A stretch of 62,669 nucleotides of DNA, counting the filler, from Sphacelaria rigidula (taxonomy: Eukaryota): NCBI GenBank assembly GCA_964200075.2. It is 4 parts of 4 records of this genome, joined end to end, with 100 filler letters (N's around TTAATTAATTAA, not from the genome) between each part and the next. Parts side by side here need not be neighbours in the genome. Positions count along the whole stretch, not along the records: positions 47,081 to 62,669 come from CAXNAA020001681.1; 3 more parts are not named here. The stretch is one strand, 5' to 3'. Shown piece after piece: positions 62,181-62,669 of the stretch (position 1 is the first letter of the stretch; every line of letters starts with the position of its first letter). The notes under the pieces were generated by a model that saw nothing but the letters and a program-made list of their open reading frames with translations, did no database searches and was not told the DNA's origin. The position numbers and the translations under genes are program-made.

Positions 62181-62669
62181 AGAAAGTCAGGCTTTAGAGC
62201 TCATTTCGTCAACGCTTCGTAGTGTCACGTGTGAAAACACTGTCGACCGCCGGTACCGTCCTGGACTTTTGGTCTGGTATAGAGCAGAGTGGGAGTAGCC
62301 TTGTTTTTCCCCTTCTCCCGTGATCGTTGAACACGGTGGGTCGTTCTCGACATTCTTGCCCACAAGCGGCACCATTAACACCGTGTTCTATCTACACTCC
62401 TAGCGCGGCCTATCAGCTCGCTTGGCTTTACTACTACTTGCGTCAGCCTTTGCTACCACGCCAAGAAAATGTCAGCGGATACTTTCTTATGCTACTCCTG
62501 CCTGATGTCCGCCGTCCCCTTGTAGATTAACTGGTACAAATACAGCCAGTGAGGGCAGTACTGGAGTTCGGCGGGTGAAGGTTTTGGATCTCGGCAGGTG
62601 CGTTTTGTTTATTGGGGGGGATTGGGGGGGTGTACTCATGATCATGCATGCCATAGTCATCAGACCATT

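Noticed and set aside
55232-62669. Integrated phaeovirus genome around the EsV-1-7 gene
   Set aside because: No other viral hallmark genes (capsid, polB, integrase, packaging ATPase) and no gene-dense region; the flanks are ordinary transposon debris, and host-encoded EsV-1-7 genes are well known.

Overview
Eukaryotic nuclear DNA, most likely a brown alga (Phaeophyceae, Ectocarpus-like). This is inferred from a large EsV-1-7 repeat gene, GT-AG introns of about 0.3-1.4 kb and the repeat landscape. The window is not one locus. It is four near-equal contigs (15594, 15593, 15593 and at least 15589 bp) joined by artificial 100-nt N44-TTAATTAATTAA-N44 spacers. Contig 2 holds two intact, convergent spliced genes: a six-exon divergent-loop cyclophilin with charged extensions (+) and a four-exon N-myristoylated EF-hand protein (-). 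Contig 3 holds a decayed RTE-like LINE split by a complete but frameshifted Ty1/copia element (238-bp LTRs, 5-bp TSD). Contig 4 holds an intronless tract of about 17 EsV-1-7 Cys/His repeats, plus LINE and copia remnants. The rest is mostly non-autonomous DNA transposons, palindromic tandem repeats and decayed ORFs. I found no convincing novel multi-gene system. The best leads are the EsV-1-7 array, the nested retroelement stack, a short dispersed repeat sitting at splice acceptors, and unassigned decayed coding sequence in contig 1.
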